A stretch of DNA of 64,000 nucleotides from Gemmatimonadales bacterium. GTDB lineage: Bacteria; Gemmatimonadota; Gemmatimonadetes; Gemmatimonadales; GWC2-71-9. The notes beneath the pieces are model-generated. The model had not been told where the DNA came from, ran no database searches, and saw nothing but the letters and a program-made list of their open reading frames with translations. Shown one piece after another: positions 1-8,281 of the stretch. Each line of letters opens with the position of its first letter. Positions within the stretch are counted from its first letter, which is position 1. The stretch covers positions 192,001-256,000 of the forward strand of contig JBBCJC010000003.1 of the NCBI GenBank assembly GCA_037189525.1. Reading direction: 5' to 3'. The translations under genes were made by a program, and so were the position numbers.

Positions 1-86
1 TCCATGAACTTGATGACTTCTTTGGTGGCAGCCGGCGTCAGATTGATGGTGACGCCGTCGAGCTGCGTGTTTCCTGCGATGCTCAC
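1..86 (-). CDS. Fe-S cluster assembly accessory protein, HesB/IscA family (5' part only; runs off the window)
   Basis: Manual translation from GTG at 86: MSIAGNTQLDGVTINLTPAATKEVIKFM. The I-x-L-T-P-A-A-x-x-x-V start is typical of IscA/ErpA. Strong RBS GAGGAGG at 99-93. Confidence 0.65.
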   Translation of the reverse strand, partial: MSIAGNTQLDGVTINLTPAATKEVIKFM

Positions 87-162
87 GGGCTTCCTCCTCG
101 CGAATAGCGCCCAGATTGGCGCCAAAACCCAACTCGAAACGTAGGATATGGGGGTGACGGTG

Positions 163-1380
163 TCAACGCGTCCCGACCACCTCGGCGACGCGGTCGGCGA
201 CCATGATCCGGAAAGCGCCGATTCCCGTGTTTTCGCGGGTCGGGTTGACCCGGTTGGACAGGAGCACGATGACGAGTTCCTGGGTCGGATCGATCCAGAT
301 CGAGGTGCCCGTGAAGCCGGTATGGCCGAAACTCCAGCGCGACAGCTGAGTCCCGGCGCTGCTGCCGTTGGACGGGGTATCCCAGCCCAAAGCCCGGCTC
401 GAACCGGCCACGACCTCCTGCCGACTGGTAAACTCACGGGCCACCTCGGAACTGATCGACGGGTTGCCGGGCCGACGTCCCGGGGCGCCGTTACGCTCGC
501 GGAGCAGCCATTCGCCGAAGGTCAGCAGATCGGTGGCGGTGGAGAACAAGCCCGCATGACCGGAGACGCCGCCCAGGAAAGCTGCATTCTCATCGTGAAC
601 TTCACCGTGCACCAGTCGCCCGCGCCACGGGTCGCGCTCGGTTGGTGCGATGCGCTTGAGCCATGACGCTGGCGGCTGGAAGCGAGTCGATCCCAGGTGG
701 AGCGGCTTCGCGATCCGTTCGTTGAAGAGGCGGTCGATCGGCTGGCCGTAGACCCGCTCGAGCAGCAGGGTCATGGTGATGGCGCCCAGGTCGGAGTAAA
801 CCATCCGCACCGCGGGGAAGGTGTCGAGCGGTGTCGCGATGACCAGCGCCGGCGCGCTGGCGGCGTTGGGCGCATCCTGCCAGAGCGGTCGGTGCGCACG
901 GAGGCCGCTCGAGTGCGTCAGGAGATGCCGGATGGTGACCAGCTCTTTCCAGTGGCCGGTGTACTCGGGCAGGTACTTGACCACCGGATCGTCGAGCCTG
1001 ATCCGTCCCTCGTCGACCGCGATCATCGCGATGCTGGTGAGCGCCACCACCTTGGTCAGCGACGCAAGGTCATAGACCGTGTTCTGGTCGACCGGCGCGG
1101 GATGGTCGACCCCGAGCTGGCCGGCCTGATAGTAGAAACGGCCTCCTCGGATCGAGACGCCCACCACAGCGCCCGGCGCCGCGCCCGCGCGGACGGCGGA
1201 ATCGATCCCGGCGGTGAGCCGCGACCAGTCGCAGGCCGCGGCGCCACAACGAGCCTCGGTCGCTCCGCTCCGAGCGGCTGGCACGGGCGCCGAGGCGGGG
1301 TCGGACTCGGATGCGGACCTGCCGCACGCGGCGGCCGCGAGCAACAGCAGTGTCAGGGATTTACGGTTGGTTCGCAGCAT
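163..1380 (-). CDS. Serine hydrolase, beta-lactamase class C family lipoprotein (AmiE/YbbE-like)
   Basis: Lipobox LLLAAAAC; SxxK (SLTK), LLTHSSG, YSD and GHTG motifs. Overlaps the 3' end of the upstream GH3 gene by 20 nt. Confidence 0.85.
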   Translation of the reverse strand: MLRTNRKSLTLLLLAAAACGRSASESDPASAPVPAARSGATEARCGAAACDWSRLTAGIDSAVRAGAAPGAVVGVSIRGGRFYYQAGQLGVDHPAPVDQNTVYDLASLTKVVALTSIAMIAVDEGRIRLDDPVVKYLPEYTGHWKELVTIRHLLTHSSGLRAHRPLWQDAPNAASAPALVIATPLDTFPAVRMVYSDLGAITMTLLLERVYGQPIDRLFNERIAKPLHLGSTRFQPPASWLKRIAPTERDPWRGRLVHGEVHDENAAFLGGVSGHAGLFSTATDLLTFGEWLLRERNGAPGRRPGNPSISSEVAREFTSRQEVVAGSSRALGWDTPSNGSSAGTQLSRWSFGHTGFTGTSIWIDPTQELVIVLLSNRVNPTRENTGIGAFRIMVADRVAEVVGTR

Positions 1381-3139
1381 GGAATCGCGCGGTTGCGGGA
1401 AGAGTGATGCCGTCGCCGAGTCGGGCGCCGGCGGGCAGATCGATGGGAAGGGTACCGGAAATCGGCGCGCCGGATAGGGCGGCGGCCGCGGCCCATTCGG
1501 TCAACGGGTTGTTGGTCCAGGCCTGCAGATACGCCGGTACGTCGGGCACCTGGCTTTGCAGATAGGGCGACCCGAAGGAGACCAGCACGGTCGGGCGCTG
1601 CCGACTGGCGCCATCGATCAGGCTGGCCAGCGCGTCGGGCATGGTGATCACGCCGCTTCCCGAGCGGGCCCGAACCGCCACCGAGACGATCGCCGCCGGT
1701 GCCGCCGATAACACGGCGCGGGCGGAATCGTAGCTGGCGGGTCCGCTGGTCGGATAGAGCCGGAACGGCGTGACCCGGTAGCCGCGCTTGGTGAGCTCCT
1801 GCGGAAACGAGGTGGTCCAGCCCGGTTCGCCGTAGCTGACGACCGCGACCTGGCCCTGCCGGTCGCGCAGCGTGGCAAGCACGGCGCCGCTGTCGCGCAC
1901 CAGCACCAGCGACCGGGCGCTGATGGCGCGGGCACTGTCGAGAAAACTCTGCTGTCCGACGACGTTGCCGACCCGTTCGAGCGAGACGACGCGCCGCTCG
2001 AAGAGCTTGAGCCGCTCCTTGATCATCAGCACCTTGCCGAGCGACTGCCGCAACCGTTCCCGGGAAATCCGCCCCGAGCGGACCGCTTCGGTCATCGCGA
2101 CGATCACCGCGCGCGGATCGGCGGGCATCAGCAGCAGGTCGCTCCCGGCCAGGAAGGCGCGCACAGCCGCTTCGCCGCCGCCGTAGGTGGTCACCAGCGC
2201 GCCCATGTCGAGCGCATCGGTTACCGCCAGGCCCTGGAAGCCGAGCGAGTCGCGGAGCACCGAGGTCATCACCAGGGGCGACAGGGTGGCGGGCCGCAGG
2301 CTGTCGGGGTCGAAGCCGGGCAGCGCCAGGTGCCCAGACATCACCACGTCGACGCCGGCTTTGACGGCCGCGCGGAACGGCACCAGCTCGATGCTGTCGA
2401 GCCGTGCCCAGCCACCGTGAATGGTGGGCAGCGAGATGTGCGAATCGACGTCGGTGTTACCGTGCCCGGGAAAGTGCTTGACGGTCGACAGCACCCCGGC
2501 ATCGCGGGTTCCCTTGACGGTGGCCGCCACCAGCCGGGCCACCATGGCCGGGTCGCCGCCGAACGAGCGGGTGTTGATGATCGGATTGGCCGGGTTGTCG
2601 TTGACGTCGGCCACCGGCGAGAAGGTGAGGTGTACCCCCACGGCGCGCGCCTCCAGGCCGGTCACCTTGCCCATCAATTCGGCGTCGGCCTCCCGGCCGG
2701 TTGCCGCGACCCCCATATTGGTAGGGAAGGGGGTTGCCCCGGGGAACCGAAACGCGGCACCGCCTTCCAGATCGGCGGCGATCAGGAGCGGCAGCCGGGA
2801 GCGCCGCTGCAGGAAGTTGAGCTTGCCCGCCACGTCGAGCGGCGAGCCGATCGAAATGATGATGCCGCCCACCCGGAGGGAGTCGACCCAGATCCGGGCA
2901 TTGGCGAGTTCGTCGGCGTCGTGGCCGACGTAGTTGCCCAGCAGCCACGGCATCACCAGCTGGGCCACCTGATGCTCGAGCGGCATCCGGGCCATCATGG
3001 TGCGGACCCGGGCGCTGGTCCGGGACGATTGCGCAGCGATCGGAGCGGCCGCGCCGATCCCGAGCAGGATCACGAGGACGGAACGAAAAAGGGAGCGTAC
3101 CATGACGTTCGCGATGGCGGTGCTGGGCTTGGTCGGCAT
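1361..3139 (-). CDS. nagZ: GH3 beta-N-acetylglucosaminidase, two-domain exported type
   Basis: KHFPGHG-x4-DSH motif with Asp-His dyad; ADLEGG, NPIINTRSFG, TDALDM; signal peptide. Start is either 3139 (GAGG RBS upstream) or 3103. Confidence 0.9.
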   Translation of the reverse strand: MPTKPSTAIANVMVRSLFRSVLVILLGIGAAAPIAAQSSRTSARVRTMMARMPLEHQVAQLVMPWLLGNYVGHDADELANARIWVDSLRVGGIIISIGSPLDVAGKLNFLQRRSRLPLLIAADLEGGAAFRFPGATPFPTNMGVAATGREADAELMGKVTGLEARAVGVHLTFSPVADVNDNPANPIINTRSFGGDPAMVARLVAATVKGTRDAGVLSTVKHFPGHGNTDVDSHISLPTIHGGWARLDSIELVPFRAAVKAGVDVVMSGHLALPGFDPDSLRPATLSPLVMTSVLRDSLGFQGLAVTDALDMGALVTTYGGGEAAVRAFLAGSDLLLMPADPRAVIVAMTEAVRSGRISRERLRQSLGKVLMIKERLKLFERRVVSLERVGNVVGQQSFLDSARAISARSLVLVRDSGAVLATLRDRQGQVAVVSYGEPGWTTSFPQELTKRGYRVTPFRLYPTSGPASYDSARAVLSAAPAAIVSVAVRARSGSGVITMPDALASLIDGASRQRPTVLVSFGSPYLQSQVPDVPAYLQAWTNNPLTEWAAAAALSGAPISGTLPIDLPAGARLGDGITLPATARFHAANQP

Positions 3140-4298
3140 CCTATCCTCACCGGAACCGGTGCGTCCCGGGCTCGAAGTACTGGTCCGCGACAGCATGCAT
3201 CTCGTGGCTGGTCGGCGGGTCGGGCTGGTCACCAATCAGGGCGGTATCGACCGCACCGGGGCCCACGCGGTCGACTTCCTGCGGAAGGCCGGCGTCAACC
3301 TGACGGCGCTGTTCAGTCCCGAACACGGTTTCCGCGGCACCGCCGATCCGGGCGAGAACATCGCCTCGACGGTCGACGCCGCCACTGGCCTTCCAATCTA
3401 CAGCCTCTACGGGCCGACGAAGTCCCCGACCGACAGCATGCTGACCAACGTGGACGTGCTGCTGGTCGACCTGCCGGACGTGGGAACCCGGTACTATACC
3501 TACCTCTCCACCACGATCGAAGTGATGCGCTCGGCGGTCAAGCATGGCCGGCGGATCGTCGTGCTCGATCGCCCCAATCCGATCAGCGGGACGGTCCAGG
3601 GTAACCTGCTCGATCCGGCGTTCCGCTCGTTCATCGGCGCCCTCACGATGCCGATGCGGCACGGGATGACGCTTGGCGAGCAGGCGCGGCTGGCCAATCA
3701 GGAACTCGCGATCGGGGCCGACCTCGTCGTGGTACCCGCGCAGCACTGGACCCGCGCCGTATATGGTGACGCGACCGGTCTCCCGTTCGTCGCACCCAGT
3801 CCCAATCTCCAGGACCTCGAGAGCCTGATCCACTATCCCGGGACCTGTCTCTTCGAAGGTACCCCGCTATCGGTCGGACGCGGCACGCCGGAGGCGTTTC
3901 GGCAGATCGGGGCACCCTGGCTCGATACCACGCGGGTGCTGGCTTTGGCGCGGGGTGCCCGGCTGCCGGGCGTTGCCTTCGAAGGCATCGGATTCACCCC
4001 GGTGCGCCCTGGCGACGAGAAGTACCCGAATATCGCCGTCCGCGGGATCCGGCTCCGGGTGACCGACCGGGATCAGTACGATCCGACCCGCACGGCGGTC
4101 GTGCTGCTGACCGCCATCCGCACGGTCCATGCCGACAGTCTGGTTTTCCGGGAGCGCCACTTCGACCTCTTGGCGGGCGGTTCGTCGCTCCGCCAGGCCA
4201 TCCTGGCCGATCGGACGGCCGACGCGATCGTGGCCGAGTGGGCCGGCGCGCGCGAGAGCTTCGAGGCGCGGATTCGCCCGATGCTGCTCTATCGCTAG
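3102..4298 (+). CDS. namZ: Exo-beta-N-acetylmuramidase (DUF1343/YbbC family)
   Basis: GLVTNQ, LFSPEHGFRG, DVGTRYYTY, LDRPNP, RHGMTLGE, PSPN and SVGRGT motifs. GGGAG RBS at 3091-3095 before ATG 3102; alternative start 3114. Confidence 0.88.
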   Translation: MTFAMAVLGLVGILSSPEPVRPGLEVLVRDSMHLVAGRRVGLVTNQGGIDRTGAHAVDFLRKAGVNLTALFSPEHGFRGTADPGENIASTVDAATGLPIYSLYGPTKSPTDSMLTNVDVLLVDLPDVGTRYYTYLSTTIEVMRSAVKHGRRIVVLDRPNPISGTVQGNLLDPAFRSFIGALTMPMRHGMTLGEQARLANQELAIGADLVVVPAQHWTRAVYGDATGLPFVAPSPNLQDLESLIHYPGTCLFEGTPLSVGRGTPEAFRQIGAPWLDTTRVLALARGARLPGVAFEGIGFTPVRPGDEKYPNIAVRGIRLRVTDRDQYDPTRTAVVLLTAIRTVHADSLVFRERHFDLLAGGSSLRQAILADRTADAIVAEWAGARESFEARIRPMLLYR

Positions 4299-4306
4299 CT
4301 GCGTAT

Positions 4307-4333
4307 CCCGGCTGCCCCGGCTGCCCCGGCTGC
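4307..4333. repeat. 9-bp tandem repeat x3 (CCCGGCTGC)
   Basis: Three exact copies between the converging namZ and MmcQ/YjbR genes. Confidence 0.8.
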
Positions 4334-4349
4334 GCTCATCCGGCAGCCG

Positions 4350-4718
4350 TCAGCGGTCGTCGAGGACCGCGATCAGTTTTTTCGGCGCGGTGAGCCGATA
4401 GCCGTCCTCGATCAACTCGGCAACCTGGCCCCACTCGACCTCTCCATCCAGTACGACCCCGATCCAGCCGCTCGGCCCCACGTAGGGCGGCGAGAAGAAG
4501 CGGTCGGGGTCGGCCTGGATCATGAACGCCTGATTCTCCGCTTTGGCCTTGCACCAGACGGATGATCGTCCCGCCCCGTGATGGTTCGACGGACTCGCAA
4601 ACATCGCGAAGATCTTGTTGCGGACCCGAAAGGTCGGCTCGCCCCACGCTTCGACTTCGTGGGCTTCCGGCAGTGCGAGACAGAGCTTGCGGATCCGGGT
4701 GAGGGGGCGCGGCGGCAA
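4350..4718 (-). CDS. MmcQ/YjbR family DNA-binding protein
   Basis: RKLCLALPEA, WGEPTFRV, KIFA, FFSPPYVGPSGWIGV and YRLTAPKKL signature. Confidence 0.85.
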   Translation of the reverse strand: MPPRPLTRIRKLCLALPEAHEVEAWGEPTFRVRNKIFAMFASPSNHHGAGRSSVWCKAKAENQAFMIQADPDRFFSPPYVGPSGWIGVVLDGEVEWGQVAELIEDGYRLTAPKKLIAVLDDR

Positions 4719-4811
4719 CGGCAGTCTCCCGAGGGCGTGACTCCGGAAGATACGGCGAGTGGTTCGACGGCGTCGACCCCGAGGGCCGAGCCGTGCCTGG
4801 ACTTAAACGGA

Positions 4812-5432
4812 CTAGAAGACCTGGACGTCGGTAAAGAGGCCGAGAATGGCGGTGACGTGGCCGTTGGGGGTGTAGGCGAACTCGCCGGTCATGGCGTTGG
4901 CCGGCGCGGGTCGCTCGGTGGTGAGGAACTCGCGACTGGCCAGTTCCGGGGTGTCGTTGGCGATGGCGTCGGCCCCGCTGCGAAGCGTGAACGAGTAGAT
5001 GTACTCCTGCGCTTCGACGGCGTCCCGGCCCCGCTGGACGCTCAGGGTGTAGTACCCCTTGCTCAGCTTGAGGTTGGACTCGGAGGAGAGCTTGTTCCAG
5101 GTCTCGTAGGCCGCGCCGGCATTCGGATCGGAGTCGGCGATCACCTGGCCCGAGGGGCTGCGCAGCTGATAGCGTACCTCGCCGTTCTTGGCGACCTCGA
5201 CCCCTTCACCTTCGGCGCCATACAACTCGCCCGTCGTGATCCGGACCCACTGATCGTCCCCGGTAATGCGAAAACGAAAGTGGTCGCTCTGGTCGCCCTT
5301 GGACAGCGCGCTGTTGACGGACACCTTGGAGCGGCCTTCCTCCAGGTTGCCGATGTAGCGCGCCACCATTCGGGAATCCAGGCCGGCCACGTCCTGAGTG
5401 TAGCGGCTCAGCAGAGTCGGGGTCGTCTCCAT
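4812..5432 (-). CDS. Hypothetical protein with PPC-like beta-sandwich pattern
   Basis: Clean 206-aa ORF with normal composition. DHFRFRI / QLRSPSGQVIADSD / LSKGYYTLSV / YSFTL resembles pre-peptidase C-terminal domains. No signal peptide. Confidence 0.65.
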   Translation of the reverse strand: METTPTLLSRYTQDVAGLDSRMVARYIGNLEEGRSKVSVNSALSKGDQSDHFRFRITGDDQWVRITTGELYGAEGEGVEVAKNGEVRYQLRSPSGQVIADSDPNAGAAYETWNKLSSESNLKLSKGYYTLSVQRGRDAVEAQEYIYSFTLRSGADAIANDTPELASREFLTTERPAPANAMTGEFAYTPNGHVTAILGLFTDVQVF

Positions 5433-5457
5433 GCCGTCGAGTATCGGCAGGATGGGG

Positions 5458-6258
5458 TCAGGATTTGAGGGGAGCCCCGAACCGCCGGTTCCGCGCCTCG
5501 AGCAGCCGGGCCGGGTAATTGGTGATCATCCCGGCGCAGCCCAGATCCCAGAGCCGCTCGGCAGTCTCGATATCGTTCACGGTCCAGACGTGGACCGGGC
5601 GGCCGGCGCGCCGGGCCGAGGCGACGAACCGCCGAGTCGGGACCGGGATCAGGTCCTTGTAGCGGACCGGTACGGCGTAGCAACGAGGGGTATCGCCGCG
5701 GCGTGGGCCGAGACCGATCCCGCTCCGGACGTAGTGGCGGAGGATGTCGCGGCGGCTCGCCCCGATCAGAAACGGCGGCGAGGGAAAGGGGTCGAGCGCG
5801 CCGGCGAGGAACGACGCGACGACGACCCGATCGGTTGCGCCGGCCGCGCGAATAGCCTCCTGGACCGGTACCGCCGCGGCTACCTCTTTGAGTTCGATCA
5901 GGAGTGGTGTATCCGGATAGCGCCGGAGGATTTCCGCCAGCGGTGGGACCCCGACCCCCTGGCCGCGAAACGGGTGCGTCAGACCGTCCGCCGAATATGT
6001 CGCGCCCGCGTCGAGCTGCGCGAGTTCGGCTGCCGTTCTGGTCTGGACCGTTCCCGCCTGGCCGGTGGTGCGATCCAGCGTCGGGTCGTGAAAGACGACC
6101 GGGACGCCGTCTGCGGTCATCCGAACGTCCAGTTCGAACGCCTCGGCGCCTTGGGCGAGTGCCAGATCGAAGCTGGCGATGGTGTTCTCTGGCGCGCTGC
6201 CGGAGGCTCCCCGATGCCCGATGATGAGGCGCAGGTCGGGGTCCAGGAGCGGGTTCAC
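5458..6258 (-). CDS. Glycerophosphodiester phosphodiesterase (GDPD)
   Basis: IIGHRGAS, PENT, ELDVRMTADG, VFHD, IELK, VHVWTVND and ITNYP motifs. Confidence 0.92.
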   Translation of the reverse strand: MNPLLDPDLRLIIGHRGASGSAPENTIASFDLALAQGAEAFELDVRMTADGVPVVFHDPTLDRTTGQAGTVQTRTAAELAQLDAGATYSADGLTHPFRGQGVGVPPLAEILRRYPDTPLLIELKEVAAAVPVQEAIRAAGATDRVVVASFLAGALDPFPSPPFLIGASRRDILRHYVRSGIGLGPRRGDTPRCYAVPVRYKDLIPVPTRRFVASARRAGRPVHVWTVNDIETAERLWDLGCAGMITNYPARLLEARNRRFGAPLKS

Positions 6259-7154
6259 CCCTCCCGGCCCCAGGACAGCGAGATGCCAGCGGGCAAGCGG
6301 GCACCCTCGGCGGCCAGGGAGTCTCCGGCGACGACGAAATCGAGGCGGAGCCGCCGGTCCGATCCGGACGACTGGAGCTCGATCCGAAGCGAGACCGGGT
6401 CCGCCGCGCTCGCGGACATCACCGCGATCGAGTCCTCGAGCGGAAGGCCGCGACGGAAGAACCGAAGTCCGGTGGCCGCGAAGCTCTCGGGCTGATCGGC
6501 GTGGATCAGGATCCGGCGCCCCGGCGAGCGGTCATCGCCCCACTGGAGCACTCCGATGACGGTCGAATCGGCGGCTCGCTCGGCGGGCTCAGTGGCTGAG
6601 AACGAATCGTGAAACGCGGCAAACCGGACCGATCCGGTAGCGCCGGTGCCGATGCCCCGGAGCGGAACGCTCGAGCTGAAGAGGAAGGCACCGGTGTGCA
6701 GGCTGTGGTAGGTGGCCAGCGGACGACTGCCGCAGCAGCCGAAGGTCACCATCTGGTACAGGTTCCCGGTGGGCGTGCCCGACACGGCGCGGCCGCTGAT
6801 CCGGAAGAGCGGGCGCGCCTGGCCGGTGTCCGGTAGCCACGCAGTCACGATCGCCTCGGACGACACGCCATCGGTGTCGCGGCAGCGCCGGATGTCGTAT
6901 TGCTCCTCGAGGACCCGCAGTTCCGCGCCCTCGGCCGTCGTGATGGTGACGGGGCGGAATTGGCGGTTGACCGTTTGAATCGACTCGCACCCCGCAGCGT
7001 CCCGATAGAGCCGCACGTGCGAACGCGCTTCGTGCGCTATCGTGCCGCGCACGGCTACCGGACCACCATCGCCGCGGCTGGAGGGTGGCGGCAAGGTGGC
7101 AACTTGGCACGCAGCGAGGACGGGCAGGATCAACGTTATGCGGGAACGGTTCAC
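6255..7154 (-). CDS. Hypothetical lipoprotein
   Basis: GTG start at 7154 gives MNRSRITLILPVLAAC (lipobox LAAC). GTGA overlap with the GDPD start. Confidence 0.65.
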   Translation of the reverse strand: MNRSRITLILPVLAACQVATLPPPSSRGDGGPVAVRGTIAHEARSHVRLYRDAAGCESIQTVNRQFRPVTITTAEGAELRVLEEQYDIRRCRDTDGVSSEAIVTAWLPDTGQARPLFRISGRAVSGTPTGNLYQMVTFGCCGSRPLATYHSLHTGAFLFSSSVPLRGIGTGATGSVRFAAFHDSFSATEPAERAADSTVIGVLQWGDDRSPGRRILIHADQPESFAATGLRFFRRGLPLEDSIAVMSASAADPVSLRIELQSSGSDRRLRLDFVVAGDSLAAEGARLPAGISLSWGREG

Positions 7155-7548
7155 GAGGCGGCGGCGAGAAAAAGTGATGGAGATCACAGACGCGAATGTC
7201 GCAATCTATCGGAACGTCTCGCCTCACGCACGTGACAATTCGTCGCACGAATGATGACGGATCGACACATGGCAGCTGAGCGTCACGTGATGCGCACTTG
7301 CTATGGTACGGATGAAGCTGGGGAAAATCCTTGCTTTGCCGAGCAATTCCCTGGGAATGCATCGGTTTTCCCAGGACGTGGCCGACCGGGCCGGAGCCGG
7401 CCGAGCGCCGGGTCAGGGAAATCCGGGCGGAAAATTTGTGGACCCATTCTTGCCTTGACCTCAGGCAACGATGAAGGAGTATCACCTGGGGTCATGACGT
7501 AGCGTTGGCGGGTTGGGGGACTTGCCGACGGAAAGTGAGGGTAGGACG

Positions 7549-7743
7549 ATGATCGATCCGGTACTGCACCATTTACCGCAGGCCAAGCAGACGGCCCAGT
7601 GGATCGCCCAGATGATCCAGCTGGACCCTGATCTGGTACTCCCTGCCGCGCTTCCACTCCTCGCTGCCCGGCTGCTCGGCGCCGATTCGGCGGAGGACGA
7701 GGGAGACGACGAGTTGGTCGAGGTCGAACTCGCAGTGATCTAG
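7549..7743 (+). CDS. Small hypothetical protein (64 aa, acidic C-terminus)
   Basis: ATG 7549 preceded by GAGG/AGGA; isolated ORF followed by a terminator. Confidence 0.55.
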   Translation: MIDPVLHHLPQAKQTAQWIAQMIQLDPDLVLPAALPLLAARLLGADSAEDEGDDELVEVELAVI

Positions 7744-7771
7744 CCCGAATTTGGGCTGGTATCGAAAACGC

Positions 7772-7809
7772 ACGGGTCCTCGAACTGGTGTCGGGGACCC
7801 GTTTGTTTT
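7772..7809 (+). terminator. Intrinsic terminator (possibly bidirectional)
   Basis: Stem ACGGGTCCTCGA / TCGGGGACCCGT followed by TTGTTTT; lies between converging genes. Confidence 0.75.
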
Positions 7810-7857
7810 ATCTACCTTGCTGCAAAATCATGCAGCCAGAGCTGCAATTTCTGGCAC

Positions 7858-8226
7858 TTACGGCTGGAACGTGAACTTGTAGGTTCCCCGAATCCCGTGG
7901 CCGTCTTTCGACACGGTCCGCCAGCGGACGGTGTAGGCGCCGGGCTTGAGATCGCCCTCCACCGGGCTCGCGACCGAGTTCACGTCATCGGTCGTTCCGA
8001 AGTCCAACTTCACGTTGACGGTGCTGTCGGCCGAGGTCAGGGTGCCCGAGGACAGCTTCGCGTCGGGCGCTTCATTGAACCACAGCCGAACCTGAGTCGG
8101 CTTCTCGGTCACCGTGCTGTCGAGAGCAGGCTCGGCTTTGACCAAGCGGGCATGGAATGCGGCGCGCGCGGACGTCGCGACGGCGCCGAGGATGGCGAGG
8201 GACAGGGCAAGGGTACGGATACGCAT
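7858..8226 (-). CDS. copC: Periplasmic copper-binding protein CopC
   Basis: Signal peptide, then HARLVKAEP, VRLWFNE and GAYTVRWRTVSKDGH. AAGGAG RBS at 8241-8236. Confidence 0.88.
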   Translation of the reverse strand: MRIRTLALSLAILGAVATSARAAFHARLVKAEPALDSTVTEKPTQVRLWFNEAPDAKLSSGTLTSADSTVNVKLDFGTTDDVNSVASPVEGDLKPGAYTVRWRTVSKDGHGIRGTYKFTFQP

Positions 8227-8281
8227 CGAACTCATCTCCTTCAAGAAGGTGAAATATACGTGGTCGGTCGGTTCTTGGCCG

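Noticed and set aside
4307..4333. CRISPR-like or mobile repeat
   Set aside because: Only three 9-bp units with no spacers and no cas or transposase genes.
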